Shown: one piece after another, positions 45,043-54,707 of the stretch
Numbering within the stretch: position 1 is the stretch's first letter
Layout: each line of letters opens with the position of its first letter
Origin: Bacteroidota bacterium
GTDB taxonomy: Bacteria > Bacteroidota > Bacteroidia > Chitinophagales > Chitinophagaceae
Reading direction: 5' to 3'
Length of the DNA: 64,000 nt
NCBI GenBank assembly: GCA_947457075.1
Contig: CANGUG010000010.1
Coordinates: 23,177-87,176 of the forward strand
The notes under the pieces: model-generated
What the model was told of the DNA's origin: nothing
The model's input: only the letters and a program-made list of their open reading frames with translations
The model's database searches: none
Translations under genes and position numbers: made by a program

Positions 45043-47952
45043 ATGTCAGAATTGAAACTACCAAGACTGTTAGCAGCCGCTAAAGAATTTAACGTTGGAC
45101 AAGATACCATCGTTGATTTTTTAGCAAAAAAAGGCTTCCCAAAGGAAGAACTTAAGCCTACAGCTAAATTAACGGAAGCGCAGTATTTTGCTTTGCAGGC
45201 CGAATTCCAAAGCGATAAAGTAGCTAGGGATAAAGCCGATCACGTAGAGCTACCCAAAAATGCTGGTGTAGACAAAGCAAAAAAAGGAGAGGAGGAATCT
45301 GCAAAATCAGTGAATGCTGGAGCAAAAGCAAAAGCAGCTGAAGCGACTGAAAAAGCGAAGGCAACCGAAGCTACTGAAAAGTCAAAAGAAGTAAAGAAAG
45401 AGGATGCGGCAGCTAAACCTGCGAAAGATGCGGCTCAACCTATTAAGGTGGCGACACCTGAAGTAGAAGCCCCAAAAGTGATCAATAAAATTGATCTTTC
45501 TTTAATTGATTCTTCTACTAGACCTAAGAAGTCATCAAAGAAAACAGAAGAGGCAAGTCCTGCTGCAGAAGAAAACGCACCAAAGAAAACTGCTAAAAAA
45601 GCAACTACTAAAAAAATAGAAGAAGCTGCTGAGGAACCAAAACCAACACCTGCAGCATCGGTAGATCATTCTATTTCACCAGAAAATGTGCATGGAGAAA
45701 TCACCAATATTCAGGCAGATAAATTAACCGGACCCAAAATTTTAGGCAAAATTGATTTGCCCGTTAATAGTGATACCAGACCGAAGCCATTAAGCCAGGA
45801 AGAGAAGCGTACGCGCAAGCGTATCCCTGTTCAAGGACAAGGTAACCGACCTCAAGGTCAACAACCCGGTGGTGCAGCTCAAGGTGGTGGTGGCTATCAG
45901 GGAAATCGCCCACAAGGTGGCGGCTACCAGGGCAATCGTCCACAAGGGGCAGGCTACCAAGGCAACCGACCTAATAATAGACCTGGTCAAGGTGGCGGAA
46001 GAAGAAACGCGCCTCAAACAGCGGAACAAAAAGAAATTGATCAAAAAGCAATTCAAGATAAGATTAAGGAAACGCAGGCGAAATTATCTGGTCAGGGAGG
46101 AAGAGGAAAAAGTGTTAAATCTAAATTGCGTCGTGCTAGAAGAGAAGAAGCGGCAGAGAATGAGCAAAATGAAATGACAGATAACAAATTACAAGTAACT
46201 GAATTTGTTACGGTAAGTGAATTATCCTCATTAATGGATGTAAGCTTTGCAGATATCATTAGCAAGTGTATGAACTTGGGTATCATGGTATCCATTAACC
46301 AACGTTTGGATGCAGAAGTGATTGAATTAGTAGCCTCTGAGTTTGGCTTTGAAGTTGAATTCGTTGGATTAGAAGAAGCCGAAGAAATGGATGAGGATGA
46401 AGAGGCAGATGATTTGGCTAACTTAGTAGAGCGTCCACCAATTGTGACCATCATGGGTCACGTGGATCACGGTAAAACTTCTTTACTGGATTATATTCGT
46501 AATGCAAACGTAGTGGCAGGTGAGGCCGGTGGTATCACCCAGCATATTGGTGCTTACGAAGTGACTTTGCCAAATGGTAAAGCAATCACTTTCTTGGATA
46601 CACCGGGACACGAAGCCTTTACAGCGATGCGTGCACGTGGTGCTAAAATCACCGACATCTCTATTATTGTCGTTGCTGCCGATGACGCAGTAATGCCTCA
46701 AACGAAGGAAGCCATTAGTCACTCGCAAGCTGCAAGTGTACCAATGATTTTTGCAGTGAATAAAATAGACAAGGATGGGGCTAATCCGCAAAAAATTTAT
46801 GAGCAATTATCACAAATGAATATTTTAGTAGAAGCTTGGGGTGGTAAATTCCAAAACCAAGAATTATCTGCTAAACAAGGATTGAATGTAGATACTTTAT
46901 TAGAGAAAGTATTATTGGAGTCTGCCATCTTAGACCTTAAAGCAAATCCAAATAGAGAAGCAACTGGTAGCATTATTGAAGCCTCTTTGGATAAAGGGCG
47001 TGGTTATGTTGCTACTATATTAGTTCAAAATGGAACTTTACGTCAAGGTGATTTGATTTTATCTGGACAGTTTTATGGCCGTGTAAAAGCAATGTTCAAT
47101 GAGCGTAATCAACGTATTGAAGAAGCACCTCCATCAACACCAGTAGTGATATTGGGATTAAATGGTGCGCCACAAGCCGGTGAGAAATTCAAAGTGTACC
47201 AGGATGAATCAGAAGCAAAAGAACTTGCAACGAAGCGTGCTCAATTATTAAGAGAGCAAGGCTTAAGAACTAGAAAACATATCACATTAGATGAAATTGG
47301 TCGTCGTTTAGCTTTAGGAAACTTTAAAGAATTAAACATCATCATTAAAGGTGACGTGGATGGTTCTGTGGAGGCTTTGAGCGACTCCTTACAAAAACTA
47401 TCTACCGAAGAAATTGCGGTACGCGTGGTATTAAAAGGAGTGGGGCAAATTTCTGAATCAGATGTATTGTTGTCTGCCGCTTCCGATGCGATTATTATTG
47501 GATTTAACGTTCGTCCTTCAATGCAAGCGAATAAATTAGCTGAAGCGGAAGGAGTGGAAATAAAAATGTATTCAATTATCTATAACGCTATTGATGAAAT
47601 CAAGAGTGCGATGGAAGGAATGTTGGAACCAAAAATCCAAGAAAAAATTGTTGCCAATGTGGAAGTACGAGAAGTGTACAAATTTGATAAGGCAACGGTT
47701 GCGGGTTGTTTCGTATTAGATGGTAAATTAAGTAGGAATAGTAAAATACGCATTATCCGTGACGGTATCGTTGAATTCCCTAGAGGCGAAGGCCAGGCAG
47801 CGGAATTAGGTAGCTTGAAGCGCTTTAAAGACGATGTGAAAGAAGTGGTTTCTAATATGGAATGTGGTTTAACCATTAAAAACTTTAGTGATTTAAAACC
47901 AGGTGATATTGTAGAAGCATTTGAAGAAGAAGAAGTAAAACGTACTTTATAA
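45043..47952 (+). CDS. infB: Translation initiation factor IF-2
   Basis: [69 protein letters not shown]. Confidence 0.98.
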   Translation: MSELKLPRLLAAAKEFNVGQDTIVDFLAKKGFPKEELKPTAKLTEAQYFALQAEFQSDKVARDKADHVELPKNAGVDKAKKGEEESAKSVNAGAKAKAAEATEKAKATEATEKSKEVKKEDAAAKPAKDAAQPIKVATPEVEAPKVINKIDLSLIDSSTRPKKSSKKTEEASPAAEENAPKKTAKKATTKKIEEAAEEPKPTPAASVDHSISPENVHGEITNIQADKLTGPKILGKIDLPVNSDTRPKPLSQEEKRTRKRIPVQGQGNRPQGQQPGGAAQGGGGYQGNRPQGGGYQGNRPQGAGYQGNRPNNRPGQGGGRRNAPQTAEQKEIDQKAIQDKIKETQAKLSGQGGRGKSVKSKLRRARREEAAENEQNEMTDNKLQVTEFVTVSELSSLMDVSFADIISKCMNLGIMVSINQRLDAEVIELVASEFGFEVEFVGLEEAEEMDEDEEADDLANLVERPPIVTIMGHVDHGKTSLLDYIRNANVVAGEAGGITQHIGAYEVTLPNGKAITFLDTPGHEAFTAMRARGAKITDISIIVVAADDAVMPQTKEAISHSQAASVPMIFAVNKIDKDGANPQKIYEQLSQMNILVEAWGGKFQNQELSAKQGLNVDTLLEKVLLESAILDLKANPNREATGSIIEASLDKGRGYVATILVQNGTLRQGDLILSGQFYGRVKAMFNERNQRIEEAPPSTPVVILGLNGAPQAGEKFKVYQDESEAKELATKRAQLLREQGLRTRKHITLDEIGRRLALGNFKELNIIIKGDVDGSVEALSDSLQKLSTEEIAVRVVLKGVGQISESDVLLSAASDAIIIGFNVRPSMQANKLAEAEGVEIKMYSIIYNAIDEIKSAMEGMLEPKIQEKIVANVEVREVYKFDKATVAGCFVLDGKLSRNSKIRIIRDGIVEFPRGEGQAAELGSLKRFKDDVKEVVSNMECGLTIKNFSDLKPGDIVEAFEEEEVKRTL
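45886..45975 (+). repeat. Three tandem 30-bp units in infB encoding G(G/A)GYQGNRP(Q/N)
   Basis: ggtggtggctatcagggaaatcgcccacaa / ggtggcggctaccagggcaatcgtccacaa / ggggcaggctaccaaggcaaccgacctaat. Confidence 0.85.
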
Positions 47953-48021
47953 AATAATTAAGATTTGATAGTTGGGAGATTCGCTCCCCTATCAGATCTT
48001 TACCCCATTAATTCTATTTTG

Positions 48022-49416
48022 ATGAAAATTGTTACAGTATTTTTTTCTCTTTCGCTTTTGACTTTTTCTGTACAAGTAAAAGCACAAAATAAAAAGGTGT
48101 TGGCAGATAAAATTGTTGCCACTGTTGGAGATAAATTTGTATTGAGGTCCGATATTGACAATGCCATTGCCGATTATAAAAGACAAGCGCAAGGCCAAGA
48201 AGGTGTAGTAATTCCCTCGCCTTGTCAAATTATGGAAGGGCAGTTAATTCGTAAAGCATTGGTATTACAAGCTGAAAAGGATTCTATCAATATTACCGAG
48301 GAGGATGTTCAAAATGCAATAGATAGTCGTATAAGACAATTTTTACAACAATTTGGTTCTAAAGAAGTGTTAGAGGAAGTTGCTGGACGTAGTATTTTTC
48401 AATTGAAAGAAGATTTCAGGGTTTTAATTAAGGAGCAGAAATTGGCTGATGAAATGCAGCAAAAAATTGTAGATAAGGTTAAAATTACCCCTACAGAAGT
48501 GCGTACTTATTATAATAAAATTCCAGTGGACAGCCTGCCTTTATATGAAAGTGAAGTTCAGGTATTGGAGTTGGTTATGCATCCCAAAGCCAACAGAGAT
48601 ATTGAAGAGTATGTAATAAAACAATTAATGGATTATCGTCGTCAAGTGGAATCGGGCATGACCAGCTTTGACCAATTGGTTAAATTATATTCAGAAGATC
48701 CTAGTTCAAAAGAAAATTTGGGCCAGTTTAATTTAAATCGCAACGAAAAAAACTTTGATCCTGCGTTTATGTCTGGATCATTCCGCTTAAAAGAAGGTCA
48801 AATATCAGCACCGGTAAAATCAAAATTCGGGTATCATTTAATTCAGCTTATTTCAAGATCGGGCGATGATGCTGTCGTGAAACACATTTTAAGAATTCCT
48901 CCAATTTCAAATGACGAAATTAATGACACTAAAAAGTTTTTAGATAGTATCAGAAAAGATATCCTTGCTGGCAAAACAACATTTGGTGAGCAAGTAAATA
49001 AGCATAGTGATGACGACGGAAGCAAATTTACGGGTGGGGCTATTTCGGGAAGAGACGGTTCAACCTATGTAAATTATGATGAATTGCCAGATAAAGATAT
49101 GGTGGTGGTGTTAAAATCAATGAAAAAAGGGGAGATTTCAGCACCTCAGGTATATGTTGATGATCGAGGCAGAAAAACTGTTCGACTTGTATTTTTCAGG
49201 GATTTGACCGAGCCACATAAAGAAAATATGAAGGAGGACTATAATAGAGTAGCCGCGCGCGCTTTGGAAGTTAAAAAAACTAAGGTTTTAGAGTCCTGGT
49301 TTAAAGAGCATATCACCAATTACTACATTAGTATTGACGAGGAATACCAAGCCTGTATGGAAATTAAGGATTGGACCAAGGTAGCCAATGAGCTTGTGAA
49401 GCAAAAAACCTATTAA
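48022..49416 (+). CDS. surA: SurA-like peptidyl-prolyl isomerase / periplasmic chaperone
   Basis: Signal peptide, ADKIVATVG, KITPTEV, parvulin domains (YSEDP, FDPAF, PVKSKFGYHLIQL, HSDD.GS). The ATG at 48022 is preferred. Confidence 0.8.
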   Translation: MKIVTVFFSLSLLTFSVQVKAQNKKVLADKIVATVGDKFVLRSDIDNAIADYKRQAQGQEGVVIPSPCQIMEGQLIRKALVLQAEKDSINITEEDVQNAIDSRIRQFLQQFGSKEVLEEVAGRSIFQLKEDFRVLIKEQKLADEMQQKIVDKVKITPTEVRTYYNKIPVDSLPLYESEVQVLELVMHPKANRDIEEYVIKQLMDYRRQVESGMTSFDQLVKLYSEDPSSKENLGQFNLNRNEKNFDPAFMSGSFRLKEGQISAPVKSKFGYHLIQLISRSGDDAVVKHILRIPPISNDEINDTKKFLDSIRKDILAGKTTFGEQVNKHSDDDGSKFTGGAISGRDGSTYVNYDELPDKDMVVVLKSMKKGEISAPQVYVDDRGRKTVRLVFFRDLTEPHKENMKEDYNRVAARALEVKKTKVLESWFKEHITNYYISIDEEYQACMEIKDWTKVANELVKQKTY

Positions 49417-49462
49417 TTTATTTTTTTTCGGCTGGTTGCTAGTTCAGTTTGCGGAACTATTG

Positions 49463-49470
49463 TAAATTTG
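49463..49470 (+). promoter_or_regulatory. sigma-A -7 element (TAAATTTG) upstream of purF
   Basis: Exact TANNTTTG 19 nt before the ATG. Confidence 0.5.
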
Positions 49471-49489
49471 TGGCTCCTTAAACACCATC

Positions 49490-51337
49490 ATGAGCGACGA
49501 AATTAAACACGAATGTGGCTTGGCATACATTCGATTAAGAAAACCATTCTCTTATTATTTACAAAAAAGAGGATCGGTTACTTACGGACTCAATAAATTA
49601 TATCTTTTGATGGAAAAGCAGCATAACCGTGGTCAGGACGGTGCTGGTTTAGCAACATTAAAGTTAAATATTGAAGCAGGCAATCCTTTTTTGTATCGCC
49701 AAAGAAGTAATGCACCTCAACCCATTGCAGATTTATTTTATAAAATTGGTATAGAACTACAAGAGCTAGAAAAATTCCAACCAGATATTACCCAACATCC
49801 AGGTTTGATGAAAGGGCACCTTCCTTTTATGGGGGAGATATTACTTGGCCATTTGCGTTATGGTACACAGGGCAAAAACAATGTGGAGTTTTGCCACCCT
49901 TTTTTGAAAAAAGATTTAGTACCAGGAAAGAACATTGCACTTGCCGGAAATTTCAATTTAGTCAATACCGATGAATTATTTCAGCATATTGGGTTTAATC
50001 CAGGTGCTTTTGAAAAACAAAGCGATTTGGCTGCCATGATGGAAGTGATTCATCATTTTTTAGTAAAGGAAGAAGCCTTAAATCCCAATGCACCAAATAT
50101 CGTAAATGTTTTAAAGCAAGCAGCACCTTTATTTGATGGCGGATTTACCATTGGGGGTTTAATTGGGAATGGCTATAGTTTTATTATGCGGGATGCCAAT
50201 GGTATTCGACCAGCATATTATTATATTGATGGGGAAGTTATTGTTGCAGCAAGCGAGCGTGCATCTATTAGAACTACATTTAATGTTGGAGAGAATGAGG
50301 TGTTGGAATTAATGCCCGGAACTGCTTTGATTGTAGATGATAAAGGCGATTATAAAATTGAACAAATTCTCGAACCTAAAGAAAGACGTGCTTGTTCCTT
50401 TGAACGTATTTATTTTTCTAGAGGAAGTGACGAAAAAATTTACAGAGAACGTATAGCCTTAGGGAATCATTTAAGTAAAATTGTTTTAGACCGAATTGAA
50501 AAAGATTTAAAAAATACCATCTTCTCTTATATTCCTAACACAGCCGAAGTGGCATTTTATGGTTTGATAAAAGGGATGGAGCAATACTTGAATAAAATTA
50601 AAGTAGAGCGTATTTTAAGTTGGGGCAAAGAGGTTGATCCTGAGCGATTAGAAGAAATGGTGAATCGAAAAATTCGCCAAGAAAAAATTGCCATAAAGGA
50701 TGTAAAATTAAGAACCTTTATTACAGAGGATGCGAATCGTAATGAAATGGTACAACACGTTTACGATATCACTTATGGTACAGTTAAAAAGGAGGAGGAT
50801 ACTTTGGTAGTGATTGATGACAGTATAGTGCGAGGAACTACTTTAAGAGAAAGCATCATAAGAATGTTATCCCGCTTGTCTCCTAAGAAAATTATTGTTG
50901 TTTCCTCTGCTCCTCAAATCAGGTATCCAGATTGTTATGGAATTGATATGAGCAAGATGGGCGATTTTATTGCCTTTAAAGCAGCCATTGCTTTATTAGA
51001 AGAACGAGGCATGAACAATGTGGTTGACGAAACGTATCAAAAAATAAAATCCTTGGAAGCGAATGGTGCATTGCACACGGAGAATGTGGTTCGTCAATTA
51101 TATAAGCCATTTACGCCAGAAGAAATCTCAGATAAGATTGCGCAGTTAATTACACCAAGTAATGTTACTATTCCTGTGGAAGTGATTTATCAAACCATTG
51201 AGGATTTACATGAATGTTGTCCAACCAATACAGGAGACTGGTATTTTACAGGTAATTATCCTACACCAGGTGGCAATAAGGTTTGTAATAAAGCCTTTGT
51301 GAATTATGTAGAAGGAAACAATGTTCGCGGATACTAA
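49490..51337 (+). CDS. purF: Amidophosphoribosyltransferase
   Basis: MSDEIKHECG, QHNRGQDGAG, GHLRYGT, CSFERIYFSRG, VVIDDSIVRGTT (PRPP motif), YPDCYGIDM. Confidence 0.92.
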   Translation: MSDEIKHECGLAYIRLRKPFSYYLQKRGSVTYGLNKLYLLMEKQHNRGQDGAGLATLKLNIEAGNPFLYRQRSNAPQPIADLFYKIGIELQELEKFQPDITQHPGLMKGHLPFMGEILLGHLRYGTQGKNNVEFCHPFLKKDLVPGKNIALAGNFNLVNTDELFQHIGFNPGAFEKQSDLAAMMEVIHHFLVKEEALNPNAPNIVNVLKQAAPLFDGGFTIGGLIGNGYSFIMRDANGIRPAYYYIDGEVIVAASERASIRTTFNVGENEVLELMPGTALIVDDKGDYKIEQILEPKERRACSFERIYFSRGSDEKIYRERIALGNHLSKIVLDRIEKDLKNTIFSYIPNTAEVAFYGLIKGMEQYLNKIKVERILSWGKEVDPERLEEMVNRKIRQEKIAIKDVKLRTFITEDANRNEMVQHVYDITYGTVKKEEDTLVVIDDSIVRGTTLRESIIRMLSRLSPKKIIVVSSAPQIRYPDCYGIDMSKMGDFIAFKAAIALLEERGMNNVVDETYQKIKSLEANGALHTENVVRQLYKPFTPEEISDKIAQLITPSNVTIPVEVIYQTIEDLHECCPTNTGDWYFTGNYPTPGGNKVCNKAFVNYVEGNNVRGY

Positions 51338-52402
51338 TTACACCCTATAACAAATCGCATTAATATTCATTCCTGCCCCAACAGAGGCAAAAATGACAAT
51401 ATCTCCTTTGTGTAATTCATGTTCTCGATATTTTCCGCGTTTCACCATATCATATAGGGTAGGAATAGTGGCTACTGAACTATTACCTAACTCATGAATA
51501 CTCATTGGCATGATATGTGCTGGCACTTCCCTGGTTCCATATAGCTTATACAATGCTTTTATAAAACCTTCGTCCATTTTTTCATTGGCCTGGTGTAAGA
51601 AAAACTTTTTAACGTCTTTTATATCAACGCCCGCTTTCTCAATACACTCTTTCATGGCAATTGGGACATTTTTAATGGCGTATTCATACACTTTTCGCCC
51701 TTTCATTTTAATATACCTTGTTTCTTCTTCTCCTTCCGGATGGTAGGACTTGCCTAAATATAAATAGTATGCTTCTTCGTTACAATGGCTTTGAACACTT
51801 GCGGCTAAAATACCACTATCGGTGTTGGCATCTCCTTCAACGATACAAGCGCCAGCACCATCGCTAAAAATCATACTGTCCCTATCATGCGGGTCCACTA
51901 CACGACTTAATGTTTCGGCACCAATCACCAAACAACGCTTGGCCATGCCGGATTTAATAAAAGCATCGGCTTGAATAACACCTTGAATCCAACCTGGACA
52001 ACCAAATAAAATATCATAAGCCACACAATTGGGATTGCGAATGCCTAATTGATTCTTTACACGAGAAGCGATGGCTGGAATAGTATCTGTTTGAATTGTA
52101 CCTGGTAATACATTTCCAAAATTATGGGCAACAATAATTTGATCAATTGTTTCGGGATCAATACCAGCATCCTGTATGGCTAATTTGGAAGCGGCTGTGG
52201 CCATATCTGAGGTATTCATGTTTGCGCCTGCATACCTTCTTTCATAAATGCCAGTAATGTCTTTGAATTTATCTACAATCTCTTGATTGGGTGTTGGTAT
52301 CAACAATTCATTCTCCCCATAAAATGTATTCCCAATAAAATCATTATTGGTTTTGATGATTTCAGGCAAGTAACTTCCTGTACCAGTGATAATTGTACCC
52401 AT
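51338..52402 (-). CDS. fabH: 3-oxoacyl-ACP synthase III (FabH family)
   Basis: GTGSYLP, ITGIYERR, FGCPGW (catalytic Cys), FSDGAGA, LHQANE, GNSSVATIP, ASVGAGM. Confidence 0.9.
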   Translation of the reverse strand: MGTIITGTGSYLPEIIKTNNDFIGNTFYGENELLIPTPNQEIVDKFKDITGIYERRYAGANMNTSDMATAASKLAIQDAGIDPETIDQIIVAHNFGNVLPGTIQTDTIPAIASRVKNQLGIRNPNCVAYDILFGCPGWIQGVIQADAFIKSGMAKRCLVIGAETLSRVVDPHDRDSMIFSDGAGACIVEGDANTDSGILAASVQSHCNEEAYYLYLGKSYHPEGEEETRYIKMKGRKVYEYAIKNVPIAMKECIEKAGVDIKDVKKFFLHQANEKMDEGFIKALYKLYGTREVPAHIMPMSIHELGNSSVATIPTLYDMVKRGKYREHELHKGDIVIFASVGAGMNINAICYRV

Positions 52403-52462
52403 AGGGAGAAATCTTAAATATGAAGCAATCGTTGTTGTCCTAAGTTACGAATTAAACCCAAA

Positions 52463-53548
52463 CTAAATGTATTTATCTCCCTTATTCCTTTTTACTTCTG
52501 CAACATATTCTTTAATTGATTGCTCTTTTTCTTTATTACATATTAATAACACATCCTTTGTATCTACAATAATAAAGTCATCTAGTCCTTGCACAACAAC
52601 TAATTTATCTTTAGGAGCGTTAATCATACATTTAGTAGCATCAATTACTACTACATTGTCTGATGCAACTGCATTGCCTAAGTAATCCTTTTCAATATTA
52701 TCGTATGCGCTATTCCAGGTACCAAGGTCGCTCCATCCAAAAGAGGAAGGCAATACATATACATTTTCTGCTTTTTCCATAATGGCAATATCAATGGAGA
52801 TATTGGTGCATAGCGGGTAAATTTTTAAAATAGATTGTCGCTCTTTGTCGGTGTTGAAATTTTCTTTTTCTTGATCGAACAACTCATACATTTCTGGCTG
52901 TAATTTTTCAAAAGCAGCTAAAATAGTAGTTGCTTTCCAAGCAAAAATACCCGCATTCCATAAAAAGTCACCACTGTCTAAAAAGGACTGTGCAATTTCT
53001 AAACTTGGTTTTTCTGTGAAGGTTTTTACTTTATAAACTCCTTTAGTAACTTCTAGTCCTTCATATTGGATATATCCATATCCTGTATTTGGATGAGATG
53101 GCTTTATGCCAAGTGTTACCAATGCTTTAATATTGGCAACAAAATCCAACGCATTCTCTACAATTTTTTGAAAATTATCTTCTTCTAATATTAAATGATC
53201 ACTTGGCGCAACTATGAAAGTGGCTTCAGGATCCTTTTGTGCTAATTTAAATGAAATGTAGGCAATGCAGGCAGCTGTATTTTTACGACTTGGCTCTGCC
53301 AAGATATTTTCAATGGGTAAATGAGGCAATTGTATTTTTACAATGGGAACATATTCTTCGGAAGTGACAATGAATATATTTTCTACTGGAATGAATTTTG
53401 CATAACGCTCAAAGGTCCATTGTATCAATGTTTTCCCGGTGTTCAATACATCTAAGAATTGTTTTGGATAAGCAGTCCTACTCATAGGCCAAAATCTACT
53501 TCCAATTCCCCCTGCCATTATAGCTACATAATGATGTTTATTATTCAT
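52463..53548 (-). CDS. manC: Mannose-1-phosphate guanylyltransferase
   Basis: IMAGGIGSRFWPMSR..PKQF, EP.RKNTA, PSDH, TGYGYI, FTEKP, WNAGIF, ISIDIAIMEK, GWSDLGTW. Confidence 0.92.
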   Translation of the reverse strand: MNNKHHYVAIMAGGIGSRFWPMSRTAYPKQFLDVLNTGKTLIQWTFERYAKFIPVENIFIVTSEEYVPIVKIQLPHLPIENILAEPSRKNTAACIAYISFKLAQKDPEATFIVAPSDHLILEEDNFQKIVENALDFVANIKALVTLGIKPSHPNTGYGYIQYEGLEVTKGVYKVKTFTEKPSLEIAQSFLDSGDFLWNAGIFAWKATTILAAFEKLQPEMYELFDQEKENFNTDKERQSILKIYPLCTNISIDIAIMEKAENVYVLPSSFGWSDLGTWNSAYDNIEKDYLGNAVASDNVVVIDATKCMINAPKDKLVVVQGLDDFIIVDTKDVLLICNKEKEQSIKEYVAEVKRNKGDKYI

Positions 53549-53566
53549 CCCTTTTATTAATTAAAA

Positions 53567-54529
53567 TTATAAAATACCCTCCCTCATTAAATCATGCATA
53601 TGAATCATTCCAACATAATTGGATGAATCAACAACAATAATTTGACTAATATCCTTTTGTTGCATTAACGCTAATGCTTCTACTGCAAGTGCATTGGGGG
53701 AAATGCTTATTGGCGCTTTATGATAGATCGCTTCAGCTGTTAAATCATGTATGCTATTATGTTGTTCTAACATTCTTCGAATATCTCCGTCTGTAATAAT
53801 ACCTACAACTTTGTTTTGTTCATCTATAACTGCAGTTGCCCCTAACCTGTTTTTAGAAATAGTAAGAATCACTTCTTTTAAACTGGTACTTAAAAATACT
53901 GCAGGCTTATTATTGTTATTGGCAATTTGTCCAACCGTTAAGGTTAAGCGCTTTCCTAAATTTCCTCCTGGATGAAATTTGGCAAAATCATTTGCTTTGA
54001 AACTATTTAATTCCATTAAACATACCGCAATTAAATCACCCATCACCATTTGAGCGGTGGTGGAGGAAGTAGGGGCAAGGTTATTTACACAAGCTTCCTT
54101 TGGCACCGTGGTATTGAATATCCATTTTGATTCCTTGGCTAGATAACTATCTATGTTGCCCACCATTCCAATTAAGGTATTCCCAAATTGTTTCACCAAT
54201 TGCACTAAATTTTTAATTTCTGGACTCTCTCCGCTTTTGCTAATGATTAAAACAATGTCATTAGGAGTTATCATTCCAGAATCACCATGAATTGCTTCGG
54301 CTGCGTGTAAAAACAGTGAGGGGGTCCCAGTTGAATTGCAGGTGGCTACTATTTTTTGAGCAATGATGGCGCTTTTTCCAATACCACTTACAATGAACCG
54401 ACCATTAGATTGATGTATCGCAGTTACCGCTTCCTCAAAAGATTTATCGATAAAAATCGACAATCCGTTGATGGCATCTATTTCAATGGCGAGTGTTTGT
54501 TTTGCGATCGCTATTATGTTGTTTGACAT
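53567..54529 (-). CDS. kdsD: KpsF/GutQ arabinose-5-phosphate isomerase (SIS + CBS domains)
   Basis: SGIGKSAII, EAIHGDSG, SKSGES, APTSSTT, FHPGGNLG, GIITDGDIRR. Confidence 0.9.
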   Translation of the reverse strand: MSNNIIAIAKQTLAIEIDAINGLSIFIDKSFEEAVTAIHQSNGRFIVSGIGKSAIIAQKIVATCNSTGTPSLFLHAAEAIHGDSGMITPNDIVLIISKSGESPEIKNLVQLVKQFGNTLIGMVGNIDSYLAKESKWIFNTTVPKEACVNNLAPTSSTTAQMVMGDLIAVCLMELNSFKANDFAKFHPGGNLGKRLTLTVGQIANNNNKPAVFLSTSLKEVILTISKNRLGATAVIDEQNKVVGIITDGDIRRMLEQHNSIHDLTAEAIYHKAPISISPNALAVEALALMQQKDISQIIVVDSSNYVGMIHMHDLMREGIL

Positions 54530-54707
54530 AGGCGTATTAAGGAGTGACAAAGTTAATGTTTCATTATCTTAGATACCCTAATTCTAAGAAAACCTTAAAA
54601 AAAAGGTTTTTAAAAAATACTAGGTAAGAATGAACATTTCTTTAGTTAATTTCGTTAACTTATTAGACCAAATTTTTCAGAAAACATTGATTTTAAGATA
54701 TTTATAA

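Noticed and set aside
45790-46806. Several short alternative-frame and antisense ORFs within infB
   Set aside because: They arise from the low-complexity, codon-biased IF2 sequence and have no independent evidence.
54589-54610. AAAACCTT-A6-AAGGTTTT inverted repeat between kdsD and recQ
   Set aside because: It is short, AT-rich and lies between divergent genes; plausible by chance, with no supporting function.
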